This document shows, in pieces, positions 10,599 to 21,818 of a stretch of DNA of 64,000 nt. The stretch's first letter is position 1. Every line of letters starts with the position of its first letter. The DNA is taken from the NCBI GenBank assembly GCA_034226945.1, contig CP120461.1, forward strand, positions 558,001 through 622,000. Reading direction: 5' to 3'. The stretch is from Picochlorum sp. SENEW3. Lineage: Eukaryota. The notes below the pieces were generated by a model. It was not told the DNA's origin and did not search any database. It worked only from the letters and a program-made list of their open reading frames with translations. The translations under genes and the position numbers were made by a program.

Positions 10599-12720
10599 AT
10601 GGTGTTATTTGCTCAACAGGTATGAACATCAATCGGAAGATTCAGAATCACCGCCTCTTCGATACTGACTCTGCCGTCTTGACATTTCATTGTGCAGACT
10701 CTTAGCGGTGCTGCCCGCCCATCCTTTCTCAATGGACTGACGATGAGATCAAAGAACAGATGTTCTGGTTCTCGGAATTCAAGGAGATCCATGGTACGTT
10801 GTGTGGGGGGTCGGGTGCATGTCAGTGTTTCTAGAACTCGTGCTGTCGTAGGCTTTGGTATTTTTGGCCCGGATCTGGCTGCTTCGTATCCGAAAGGTAG
10901 CACATTGTCAATAATTTGAGTTTAATACGAGAATTATTGCCATTGCAGGTGATTCGCGCCGACGCAAAAGACATCTACTTCGATAATGACTCTCGCCGGA
11001 AAATGCAGCGGGGAATCAACAAGATTGCCGACGCTGTGGCTGTGACTCTGGGACCAAGAGGTATGTGAAAGTTATTTTGGGAATAATTGTAGCATATATT
11101 ACGACATGGAGTGAACAATGCGGGTCTTGTCTGTGGTTGTCCTGTGGCGTCTGAGTAGTAGTGGTCGACTGTGCAGGAAGGAATGTGGTCTTGGAGCAAG
11201 ATTACGGTGTTCCACAGGTGATTAATGATGGAGTTTCCATTGCAAGAGCCATCGAGTTGGAAGATCCAGTTGAGAATGCGGGAGCACAGCTCATCAAGGA
11301 GGTTGCGGGAAGGACAAATGATGCAGCTGGAGATGGAACCACGACTGCAACTGTGTTGGCCAGAGAGATGATTCACTTTGGTCTCCAGGCAGTGACTTCT
11401 GGTGCAAATCCAATTTCTATTAAGAAAGGAATTGATAAGACGACCAGCTTTTTGATGACCAAGCTTTTGGAGAACTCCTGCCCAGTCAAGGGATCCGAGG
11501 ATATCAAGAGTGTGGCAGCAATCTCTGCAGGAAACGATGATGAGATTGGAGCAATGATTGCTGATGCACTTGATAAAGTTGGTGCGGATGGTGTGTTGGC
11601 CATCGAATCCAGCCAGGGTCTGGACACTGTTGTCGAAGTCCAGGAGGGAATGGAGATTGACAGAGGATACATCAGTCCACAATTTGTGACCAACAACGAG
11701 CGTCTCTTGACAGAGTTTGAGAACTGCCTGGTCCTTATCACAGATCAGAAGATTGAGCAAGTGAAGGACTTGGTGCCAGTGTTGGAGCAAGTGACCAGGG
11801 CAAACAAGCCTTTGCTCATCATTGCAGAGGATGTGGCAGGAGAGGCCCTTGCCACATTGGTGGTGAACAAGCTCAGAGGTATCGTCTCTGTCTGCGCCAT
11901 CAAAGCCCCTGGATTCGGAGAGCGCCGTAAGTCCCTCCTTCAGGATATTGCTATTGTCACTGGAGCAGAGTTTGTTGCCAAGGATCTTGGAATGAAGGTG
12001 GAAGAGACAACTTTGGATATGCTCGGAACTGCCAGAAAGGCGACAGTTGCTAACACCACGTGCACATTGATTGCTGATGCAGCAAACAAGGACGAGATTT
12101 CTGCCCGTATCAAGCAAATCAAGAAGGAGTTGGCAGAGACTGATAGTGTGTATGACACCGAGAAGCTCTCAGAGCGTATCGCCAAACTTGCAGGAGGTGT
12201 TGCCGTCATCAAGGTCGGAGCAGCAACAGAGACCGAGCTTGAAGACCGTAAGCTGCGCATTGAAGATGCAAAGAATGCTACCTTTGCAGCAGTTGAAGAA
12301 GGTATTGTTCCAGGAGGAGGGGCTGCCTTGCTTCACTTGTCCGAGTTTGTTCCAGAGTTCAAGGAGACTCTTACAGACCCAGAGGAGCGACTGGGTGCAG
12401 ATATTGTGATGAAATCACTTAGAGCCCCTTGCAGAATGATTGCCGAGAACTCTGGTGTCGAGGGAGAGGTGATTATTCAGAAGGTGTTGGGACAGCCATT
12501 CAATGTGGGTTACAATGCCATGTATGACAGAGTAGAAAACCTTATAGATTGTGGAGTTTTGGATCCAACCAAGGTAACTCGCTCTGGCTTGAGCAACGCC
12601 GCATCTATTGCTGGCATTATGCTTACCACACAGGCAGTAATGACTGAGAAGCCAGGAAAGAAGGAACCAATGCCAGGAGGCATGAGTGCCGCAGGTATGC
12701 CCCAGGGACTCACTATGTAG
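10599..12720 (+). CDS. CPN60A: Plastid chaperonin 60 alpha subunit, 4 exons
   Basis: [52 protein letters not shown]; transit peptide in the first two exons. Confidence 0.95.
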
Positions 12721-12781
12721 GCGAAAACATGACAAGCTCTTTTCCTATTTAGATCAACGTGTAATTTCTATTAATAAAGTC

Positions 12782-13734
12782 TTACTCAGGTCGGATGATT
12801 GCTTTGATAAGTCTGGCAGGAGAATTTATATGAGGATGTGCTTTTGCCCTATCCGCATGCAATTTCTTCTGTGCATCTTTTGCCTTCTCGTTTGCTTTTT
12901 CTATCAAATCTTCTATATTGCCCACAATCATGGAAACTCCTTCCACTTGTATGCTTACTTGCTGTTGCATGGACGCCTTCAGTTCTTGCAAGCCTTTAAT
13001 CTCCTCATCAGCCAGATCTGTGCAAGGAGCCGCAGACCCTGTCCCAGCATTCTCTGTCTTGGGAAGATTGGCGTCTAAATCAATCGAATCTAACTTTTGC
13101 AACAACTCGGACCATTCTTTTTCTTCCTTTTCTAATATATCCAGTCGTCGTTGTAACCCCAGTTTTCGAGACTCGATATCAATCTTCAGATCATCCGAGA
13201 ATCCATCACCTGAGCCTGGAGCCATTTGAATTGTCTCATTATCAATAGCAGATGCTATCCCTTCCATAAAATCTCCAAAAACCTTCTCTAGAGCTTTTTG
13301 GACCTCTTCATTGCCAGTCTTCTTCACTGTATCAATCTCAGCAGCACATATACTGCTACAAACAGCCAACAACCTGCTTGATGCTGGACCGGACTCGGGA
13401 AAGTCGTGCAGTGCCTTTGTCAACCGACTGTAGAGCTCTGCAGATATCTCGTACTCCTCTACATTTGGTGTCCGTTGCACTGGTGCAGGGCGTACGCTGG
13501 CGTCCTTGGGAGTGTCGCACACGACTGGAGGTGGTTGCGTGCCAGTTCCGACAACCTTGTCCGATTTCCTCCTCTTAATAGCAAATCCATTCACCTCAAT
13601 AATTTCATAATCTAGAAGACGCAAGAAAAGGACTGTGAGGCAACCACGTACACAGAACAAGACGTTTTTACAATTCACAACGCACTTTTTGTAACCTTTT
13701 TCACATTAACTTCACCACGCATTTTATCTGTCAT
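12782..13734 (-). CDS. Putative kinetochore DSN1/Mis13-like coiled-coil protein (short first exon)
   Basis: N-terminal YEIIEVNGFAIKRRK resembles the plant DSN1 motif; EEKEWSELL followed by coiled coil. Confidence 0.5.
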
Positions 13735-13882
13735 GTACAAATATAATATTATTTATATAAATCTGGAGGACTTGGATAGGGAATACGAGCTCTCTAAACC
13801 GTTTCCATGGAAATCGTTGAAAAGGTCGTTGCAGTTTTATCACACCTGAGCTCAAATTACACGTTCACAAATATAATTCTAT

Positions 13883-15162
13883 TTACTCCATTTGTCGCAA
13901 TGCTTGTAGTAAAATATCAGTCTGTCCTGGGAGTCCGACAGAAATTCTAACATAGTCATCCAACTCTTTGGTGCTATAGTGACGAATCATCACACCATGC
14001 TTTTCAGCAAGGTCTTTCTTGAGCTCCAGGGCTGATCTATTCAACACTTTGCACAGAATGAAGTTGGAGTGAGAAGGATATGGTTCTAGAAACGAGATTA
14101 CTTTCAATTCCTTAAAAAGTCTCTCCCGTTCTTGGACCAATGCATTTCTGACTGTAGTCATGTACTCCAAATTGGATAAGGCCGCCACTGCAGCCACCTC
14201 TGCTGCCACTGATACATTATAAGGTTGCTTGGCTCTCCATAAATACTCAATCATATCCGATGGGAAGGCTCCATATCCTACTCTGAGCCCAGCAAGGGCA
14301 GCGCATTTGCTGAATGTACGCAACACCACAAGATTGCTATGCGTTTGCACCCAATTCATTCTCGACGGATCCTCCGAGAATTCGATATATGCCTCGTCCA
14401 GGACGACAAGGACAGGTAGCTGGAGAATATCCAGCAATTCTTCCTCTGTGATGAGACTTCCATCTGGGTTGTTTGGGGATGTCAGGAAAATGATCTTTGG
14501 CTTGTGCTCAGCGACAGCGCGTTTCACACCTTCTACATCAATTCTAAATCCATCTACTCGAGGAATTGTAACCACATCTGCTGCGTTTACTGCCGCATCA
14601 AATTTATACATGGTGAATGTCGGTGGACAGTCCACAATTTTGTCTCCAGGCTCCAACACACATCTCATCAACAAATCAATCAGTTCGTCAGCACCACAGC
14701 CAACCTGCATTAATTGAAAGGGTACATGAGTGGATTGATCTCACCGACTACTATTCAATCCATACATACCAGGAGATTCTCTGCTGGAACACCAGTCCAG
14801 TCACTGAGAGCCTTTCGAAGTGTTCTTGACTCAGGATCAGGATATATATTTGGGAATTTCATGGATCCGAGAGCATCAAGAACTTCAGGAGGGGGCCCAT
14901 ATGGGTTCTCATTCGCATCTAGCTTCACAATGTCTTCTGGTCGTCTCCCCAGTTTTGCAGAGATGATTTCGAAGGGTTCAATGGGAGTGTATGCAGAGAG
15001 CTGCTTCAAATGTTCCCTGATCCATGTTGACCCAGAATTCAGATCAATCTTGTTATCTTGCATCTGCGCTCTGTTACTCGTATTTCTTTTTCGAGACGAC
15101 CTCTGAGGTCGACATGTGCAGAATGCGCCGTTACCACGAAACTGAACAAAACGTCCTTGCAT
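13883..15162 (-). CDS. HISN6: Histidinol-phosphate aminotransferase, plastid; 2 exons
   Basis: KLDANENPYG, GADELID, SPNNPDG, DEAYIEF, RTFSKCAALAGLRVGY. Confidence 0.95.
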
Positions 15163-15173
15163 TGTCTCTAATA

Positions 15174-17164
15174 TTACAGTGGGTTTATATTTTTCATGAA
15201 ATTTGCAAGGGAAATGCATTCTTTATGATCTTTGGTATCGTAGGCGACTTGAAGTCTGGTAATGAGTTCTCCTGATTTCTTGTCCAAATACTGCCTGCAA
15301 GAGGCAAGTTTGGATTCATCCTTCATGTCTTGGTATAATCTCTCCATTCCTTTCAGGGTTGTTACGAGCGACATAAGATCCTTGACGGATTTTAATAAAG
15401 TCGCCGAGGATTCAAACATTTGCAGTGCTCCAGGATGATCATTGCGTTCTTGCTGCACTGGTGCCAAGCAGTTGAGGACTTGACCGACGAACTGTCCACT
15501 TCCTACCATTCCATGAGCTTGTTTCAAGGATTTTGTTAATAAGAGACGGGCTCCCGTAGAATCGCCTTGGCGATATAGGATTAGGCCATTGATCATTTGA
15601 GCAATTGATCTCTCATGGCTTGGAAGTGAATTCAGCCTAGAAGGAGAATCTAATTCATGATCCTTCATTCGCATCGATGCGGTAGGCAATCCATTGCTTT
15701 CATGGAGATCAGTCAAGGCAGCACAGAGGACAGCCATGGTGCGCAAAGGTTTGGGTCCACTCTGGATAACGCTTTCAAATAGGGACAAGGCTGTCTCATA
15801 CTCCTTTGTACTGTGAAAGTATTGCCCCAGTAAGAGAGAAAATGACCCCACATGCTGATGAAGTGATTCTGAGTGCTGTTTGAAAAGCGCTCCAGCCTGT
15901 AGACATGCTTTCGCAGCGGCCTGAAAATCACATATGACCAGAGATGCCAAACACCTGTATTCGTATGCTAATAATTGTAACTGAATCACAGGCTTTTGGA
16001 TGGTTTGCTGATGAATTCCATACGAATTATCCCTATTTGTGAGGCCTACTTCGTCTGCTAAACTTGTGAGGTTCTCCTCAATCTGACCGAGATGCACTGC
16101 AGCATCGCCACTGCGACCTGAGATTCGCAAGAGAGAAGCTTGCAACATCTCACCCAAAACACTCGCACAGGAATTATCTAACGGAGGCTGCAAATCACAG
16201 ATTCCTAATCCATCTAAATGAGAGCATTCCTCTTTCATCTTGTCAATTTTCTCCATCGACTTGAAAAATTGCTCGAATGCTGGATATGATCCCCCAGATG
16301 CAAGTTGTCCAGCTCGACCACTTAACTGCGCGTTCAGCGCATATAAAAGGTAGTAATGCGCTCGCAGACTTTCTAAAGCAATCTTCATGGGGGATGTGTT
16401 CTTTTTGAATGCATTACCTAGTTCAGTTGCAGTCTCTGTCAGTCTCTTATCAGCTGCATCAGGATCACCCTGCTTCATGCTAATCACTGCATGGCTCAAA
16501 GACAGTACAGTTTTTTCCTCATAGCTGAGAAAATTTCGGAGCGAATCTAACTTTTCCAAAGCATTCAAAGATGCTTTTGATGCATCCTCGTTATCCCCAT
16601 CTTCATAGGAACCCTTGTCAATCTCTCGTGCATGGGCCTTGAGAATTTGAAACCACATGTGAGCTCTCCATCTCTTAAGAATCCTCGAGCTATTCTTGTC
16701 CAATCTGCTCGTATCTTCCTTTTCAGTCAATTCCACCGCACGACTGAATATATCAATCGCTTCTTCCACGTTGCCTTCGATTAAATGGCACTGAGCCAGC
16801 AGACTGAACACCTGAAGTTTCAGAGTGGTGTTACCCCGAGTGTTACGAATCTCTCTCTCCTGCATAGTTACATTAATTCCACACATAATTGCAATTAAAG
16901 TTTAATACATTCGTAACGCGATTGCCGTACCGCCTGAAGAAGCCTATCTCTCGCAAACTCCAGGTTATCAAAATGGTCTAGGACCAAACTCGCAAGGTTG
17001 ACGCAAGCGGTCGCTCTATCCACGGGAATAACATCTAATGCATCCCGTATAGCTTCTAAACATTTAACAGCTTCTTCAAAGGCTCTCTGCTCCACGAACT
17101 GTTCCGCTAGGGTGAATAGTATTTCAATTTTACGTTGCCTTTCTTTTGTCGGGGGATAGCTCAT
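15174..17164 (-). CDS. MAU2: Cohesin loader subunit MAU2/SCC4 (TPR-like), 2 exons
   Basis: LFTLAEQF...EAVKCLEA...LASLVLDHFDNLEFARDRL N-terminus; ARLLLTKSLKQAH...QFVGQVL C-terminus. Confidence 0.8.
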
Positions 17165-17231
17165 TCTACATTTGTTTCTGATCTCCCCCGTTTAAATGAC
17201 TTGGAAAATTTAAAATCAAAATTAATATGTA

Positions 17232-18725
17232 TCAGGAGTTCGGCCTTCTTCTGACAACCTGACTTGCACAGTGCACGGCTCCATACATGGAGGTGATTGG
17301 AGAAAAGTCAATGCACTGCACATCTCCCGTAAAATGAGGAGAGCGAACAATCTTTCTGGCCATCTCAGGATGCACTGAAATTATTCTTTGATTCCCAAGG
17401 TTCAGGATGTTGCAGGCGTACTCGAGCTGATGCTGTGGTTCAACAGGGATGATGTTGAAGGAGTTGTCCAGGAGGTACTGGCTGAACTCAACATTCTCTC
17501 TAGCGAGTTTGTATTCTCCTGGGGCGACATATACATATTCATCCACCAATCGACGGGTTGGAGAGGATTCTCCCATCATCTCTTCCAGCATGATGCATGT
17601 GTTGGAGGACAAGAGACCAAATACACAGTCCAGATGCATGCGATCCTGGTGCTGCTCAAATTCATCCTTAACAATTGCCACTCTCTTGTACCCGAGCCAG
17701 TCTTTCTTCATAAGCTGGTGACACGCTTCAATATTTGATCTGAGACCGATGCCAATGAAAGCTAAATTCTTGGTGCATGGGACAAAATCACCACCTTCTA
17801 GAAAACCTGGGTCATCAATGTATCCCAGAACATCCAGTCCCAATTTCTGGAAGCAAAATGCCATGAGTGAAACTTCTAAATTTCTCTGAGGAGATCGAAG
17901 GCGTCCCATGACGATACCTCTTGCCGTGGTAATCTGTTGGTCTCGTGTGTATACCAAGTTTGAGAGCGGTTTGAAAGAGTAGGTTGCTGTGAGACCGGTA
18001 TCTCTGTACGACGGTGCCAGGTGCACAGTTGGATTAATGAGAATGGTGTCAATCAACTGCGGCACAGACATATGCTCCAATACCTTCAGCTTGTAATCCT
18101 CGCTCAGGTAATACCGATCTTCGGCCTCCAGATCCTCCTCAGTGTGCCCTTCTGTCATTGCATATGTCAAAGCTTGTGTGGCAAAATTCTCCAACTCGAC
18201 TCGCGCTCCCACGTGTTCCTCTGTTCCATACGCTAAGATCTCTCTCACTGTCAGCACTCGAACATTGTTATCCCTCATGATTTTCCTAAATTCGGCATGC
18301 GCAGTTTTTGCTGCCTCCAAATTGACTGGCTTTTCATAGAGAGATGCCCTCGGGTGAAGGCCCCCCATTTGCAATGAGGTGCCCTCAGGCTCGCATACAA
18401 TCACAATCTCAGCTATATCATTCTCTCCGTCCTGAACCGCCTTGATCTTTGCGCCTTTCGCGTCAAGGGCGAGTAGGCTCTTTGCCCTTGCAGGCCTGCC
18501 CTCCTTATACTGTTCATCATCGTAGTCCCCAAAGGATGATTGCGAATTCGTAAACTTGCCCGATACATGACAATTCAAAACAGGGGCAACCGCACAAAGA
18601 TCCTTAAAGCTCTCGCTTAGGGGCATTGCCATATCATGCTGATGGGCACTCGTCCTAACCGCAGTGGTCTCCTGGAAGCCCATATCAGCGTTAGATCGAC
18701 GGTTCTTTGGAGGAATAGGTATCAT
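17232..18725 (-). CDS. Arginine deiminase (amidinotransferase superfamily)
   Basis: NLVYTRDQ, FLEGGDF, DRMHLDC, YGAVHCASQ catalytic motifs. Confidence 0.88.
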   Translation of the reverse strand: MIPIPPKNRRSNADMGFQETTAVRTSAHQHDMAMPLSESFKDLCAVAPVLNCHVSGKFTNSQSSFGDYDDEQYKEGRPARAKSLLALDAKGAKIKAVQDGENDIAEIVIVCEPEGTSLQMGGLHPRASLYEKPVNLEAAKTAHAEFRKIMRDNNVRVLTVREILAYGTEEHVGARVELENFATQALTYAMTEGHTEEDLEAEDRYYLSEDYKLKVLEHMSVPQLIDTILINPTVHLAPSYRDTGLTATYSFKPLSNLVYTRDQQITTARGIVMGRLRSPQRNLEVSLMAFCFQKLGLDVLGYIDDPGFLEGGDFVPCTKNLAFIGIGLRSNIEACHQLMKKDWLGYKRVAIVKDEFEQHQDRMHLDCVFGLLSSNTCIMLEEMMGESSPTRRLVDEYVYVAPGEYKLARENVEFSQYLLDNSFNIIPVEPQHQLEYACNILNLGNQRIISVHPEMARKIVRSPHFTGDVQCIDFSPITSMYGAVHCASQVVRRRPNS

Positions 18726-18971
18726 ATTAATATTCCGGGTTGATTTTGTGATAATGTGCGATGCACATTAGCCCTAGTGCGACAAAAGGCGACTGCAGAG
18801 GACGCGGCATCTGTAATGCCGTCGATAGCTCTCCAGTAGCCCAAGGAGGGTCGTGGATCCCTTCCATGTATGCACGGAGCCTGACGTTCTCCTTGGTATC
18901 ATCGGATGCCTTTCTTGTATCTCATCCCGAGGGAACGTGTTGATTTTGGGAAAAAAATTTGTCGACTGTTG

Positions 18972-19078
18972 GGGCCGAATCGAGAATCGAACTCGAGACC
19001 TCTTGCACGTTTGAGTTGCCGGCTCATCACCAGCAATGCAAACCCAAAGCAAGCATCATACCACTAGACCATACGGCC
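18972..19078 (-). tRNA. trnP-UGG: tRNA-Pro(UGG) with a 35-nt intron (19042-19008) at canonical position 37/38
   Basis: Minus strand: GGCCGTA TG GTCTAGTGGTATGAT G CTTGC TT TGG G [intron] T GCAAG AGGTC TCGAG TTCGATT CTCGA TTCGGCC C; 72 nt after splicing; T7 Pol III terminator at 18957-18951. Confidence 0.93.
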
Positions 19079-19615
19079 AGATCGATGCAAGATTGATTTA
19101 TTACTTGTATAGTAACTTGTAATTTTCACCAGCAGCCCTCTGTACATGCCAATATTTGGCAATTGACAGCCAAAAATAAATATCAAAATGAAATAAATAC
19201 ATTTGAGGCTCAGAAGCCGGGACAGAAGCGGTCATCACAATGGGCGCAAAGGTTGCTTCTTCCACCACCTATGCTGTCGCGTACGCAACGTCCAAGCACA
19301 AAGAAACCAGTAGGAAGGGTCATTATATGTACATATATCATGTTTACTGATTTGGGCTTGATAAAAGTGTTTGGCATGTCGAGTATGGATTGTTTGACGC
19401 GGTGATCGGAAACTGTGATTGATGACAGCAGGACCCCTGCATCGCGCCATGGTATTCCCAATGGCCCTTCAGAGCTCTCCTCCGATGGGATCGAACTGTT
19501 GTTTGGGGAGACCTTGCTGGAGATTACAAGTTTCTGAGTCAAAGTTTCTGTGGGTTTCCAACCCGGTGTAGTTAGAAATGGTTCTTATTTTATCTGTAGA
19601 ACAATACTCATAGTT

Positions 19616-20716
19616 ATGTCAAAGAAAGATAGTGTCCCAGTGTCCCTGTCGGATGTTGCGACCTTCATCCTCGAAAACGGACACTTGAACATCGCGTCAG
19701 ACGATGACAACTTGCAGGCTCTGTACTCCTTGTGTCGTCTTGGTATGGTTTCTGAAGAGGCTATAAAAGCGTATTGTGAAACTCACAGTGGTGAGAAAAC
19801 TCTGACGTTTGCCTCGGAAGCACCTCGCGTGCCGGAGCAACGAGCCATTGCCTCCAAGCTGGGGTTCAAGCGCGTGTCGAAGATGAAGCAAGCAGAACTT
19901 CAGAGCCTCTTGGAGCCATACATGTCTATCTTACAGTACTTTCCTATTGAAATGGCTCGAAGAGTCAAAGGCATTATGGATAGAAAGGAGGCATCCAAGC
20001 GCTTGGAGAAGTTGGTGCAAGAACACACGTCAGAACCTGCAGCGAATCTGACGGGGTGGGTGAGAAAGGACAACTTCTTGGATATTTTGGCAGTTGATTC
20101 AGAAAAATATATCTCTCTGTATGATTGCAAGCGAATCTTCCAGCTGGGTCCTGATGAGCTGAAGGATATCCCAACGCTTCCCCAATCTGTGACAAGAATG
20201 CGTCACACAGGATGGGGTTACCTCACTTTATCCACGGGGTACCGACTGTGGTCGGTGGTAGAGAGGGCTATGGTTCTTAGAGGGGGAATAGAAGGGGTAT
20301 ATCACGCACAAGAGAAGCTTGAGAATGCGAAGCAAAGGAGGAGGGATCGAAATAGAGAAAATAGGGACCTTAGGTTCAATCTGCTGAAAAAAGTTCTAGC
20401 TAAGAAGGGTGTCGATCAAATACCCACAAATTATCGTGTTTGTCGGGAGTATTTGCTGAAGAGAAGTCGCCCAACAAAGGAGGAAGTATTAGAGACTGCC
20501 AGAATATTCCAAGAGGATGAGTTTTTCCAAAAGCACACGTCATTAGGCAGGCGAGAAGGAGTCAGAAATACGATAATTTTTCGGAAAGATGATGCCCTCA
20601 GGTTATGGGTCGAGGAAAATCGGGATAATCTGGAGGAAGCTATGGTGGCATGCTCGCTGCCATCCTCTCTCAAAAGTAAAGTGATGGAGATGCATTCCTC
20701 GAGGTCATCACCTTGA
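19616..20716 (+). CDS. Intronless hypothetical protein with an XPA C-terminal-like segment
   Basis: ISLYDCKRIFQLGPDELKDI...YRLWSVVERAMVLRGGIEG followed by a basic coiled coil. Confidence 0.55.
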   Translation: MSKKDSVPVSLSDVATFILENGHLNIASDDDNLQALYSLCRLGMVSEEAIKAYCETHSGEKTLTFASEAPRVPEQRAIASKLGFKRVSKMKQAELQSLLEPYMSILQYFPIEMARRVKGIMDRKEASKRLEKLVQEHTSEPAANLTGWVRKDNFLDILAVDSEKYISLYDCKRIFQLGPDELKDIPTLPQSVTRMRHTGWGYLTLSTGYRLWSVVERAMVLRGGIEGVYHAQEKLENAKQRRRDRNRENRDLRFNLLKKVLAKKGVDQIPTNYRVCREYLLKRSRPTKEEVLETARIFQEDEFFQKHTSLGRREGVRNTIIFRKDDALRLWVEENRDNLEEAMVACSLPSSLKSKVMEMHSSRSSP

Positions 20717-20770
20717 ATGATGGATTTCCTCTGTTTTTTATGTTTTACCATCCAAAAAATCTTCTTTATT

Positions 20771-21637
20771 TTATGCTTTGAAAGATCTCAATGTATCATT
20801 CATTAATGCACTCGAATTGCTGGACCACTGCTTATCATTACCACCCACCACAAACAGGTACACGAGGTCATCCTTGACTGTAACCGCAGCACCAAAATGT
20901 GTTCCTGTTTTGGCATATGGGGCGTATATTTCGTACACAAAGTACTCTCGTCCATCCTTGAAATTCTCTGTTGTTATCTTGGTCACATCATCGTCCACAC
21001 TGTCGAGGTAATTCCCTGTCACAAAGGCCCCCACACTCTCGATGACACCCTCTGGCTTCCCAAGATCCTTCACAGTGGCATTTGATTTATTCACCAATCT
21101 ATAAATAGGAGATACCACAAGCTGACAGAATCCATCCGTCTTAGACTCCCATATCGTTTCAACCCAAGGTTCATCACATTTAGGCATGCAGAAATTCCCG
21201 CTCAAAATATTCAGAATTGTTCCCTCTGACCAGGTCGCTGGAATCTCAAAACTGTACAGATCAGGGTTGGGTTGAATCACTCCAGCCCTGATCGCAGGAG
21301 TGGATCTACTATCCGGAGAATACACCACAAATCCATCCTTTGCAGCGGAAGGCTTGCAGAAATCGCCAGCCACGCGTGATGATTGGCCCTTGGCCTGAGC
21401 CTCTTGTTTCACACCGCCGAAAGACCAGAAAAGCGATAGGCCCCCAAACAAGAGTGCATCCCTTCTTGATGAGGGTATCAAGTCTGTTACTGATCGTGTA
21501 TCATCGGTCGCATTGCATTTTACCGCTCTCGCAGCAGCAAAGCGATTCGAAAGAACTCGTGCTCGACACTGATGTCTGACCGTTTCTGCACCACACTGCC
21601 CCTGAGAATATATACTCTTCCTTAACAGCATTGTCAT
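20771..21637 (-). CDS. PPD6: PsbP domain-containing protein 6, thylakoid lumen
   Basis: Twin-Arg signal SRRDALL; NILSGNFCMPKCDEPWVE. Confidence 0.88.
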   Translation of the reverse strand: MTMLLRKSIYSQGQCGAETVRHQCRARVLSNRFAAARAVKCNATDDTRSVTDLIPSSRRDALLFGGLSLFWSFGGVKQEAQAKGQSSRVAGDFCKPSAAKDGFVVYSPDSRSTPAIRAGVIQPNPDLYSFEIPATWSEGTILNILSGNFCMPKCDEPWVETIWESKTDGFCQLVVSPIYRLVNKSNATVKDLGKPEGVIESVGAFVTGNYLDSVDDDVTKITTENFKDGREYFVYEIYAPYAKTGTHFGAAVTVKDDLVYLFVVGGNDKQWSSNSSALMNDTLRSFKA

Positions 21638-21818
21638 CTCGATCTTGATACCTTGGTCGTTCGATTTAACAAAATGTGACTGTCGTTTGGTGGTGGTGGG
21701 ACGAGAGATTTTAAGTGATCTCCAAATACTTTCCTATTGTTTTCAATGTTTGACCGGGAACACGTGACTGGCTGGGCCTTGCTCCATCCCCCGCTGCGGA
21801 ATTCATCAGGCCATTAAA

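Noticed and set aside
10975..12117. 380-aa antisense ORF over CPN60A, and similar shadow ORFs elsewhere
   Set aside because: Expected antisense shadows of codon-biased conserved genes
19210..19323. 37-aa Cys-containing ORF (MTLPTGFF...CAHCDDRFCPGF) upstream of the tRNA
   Set aside because: Too short, no recognisable family, and competing ORFs exist on both strands
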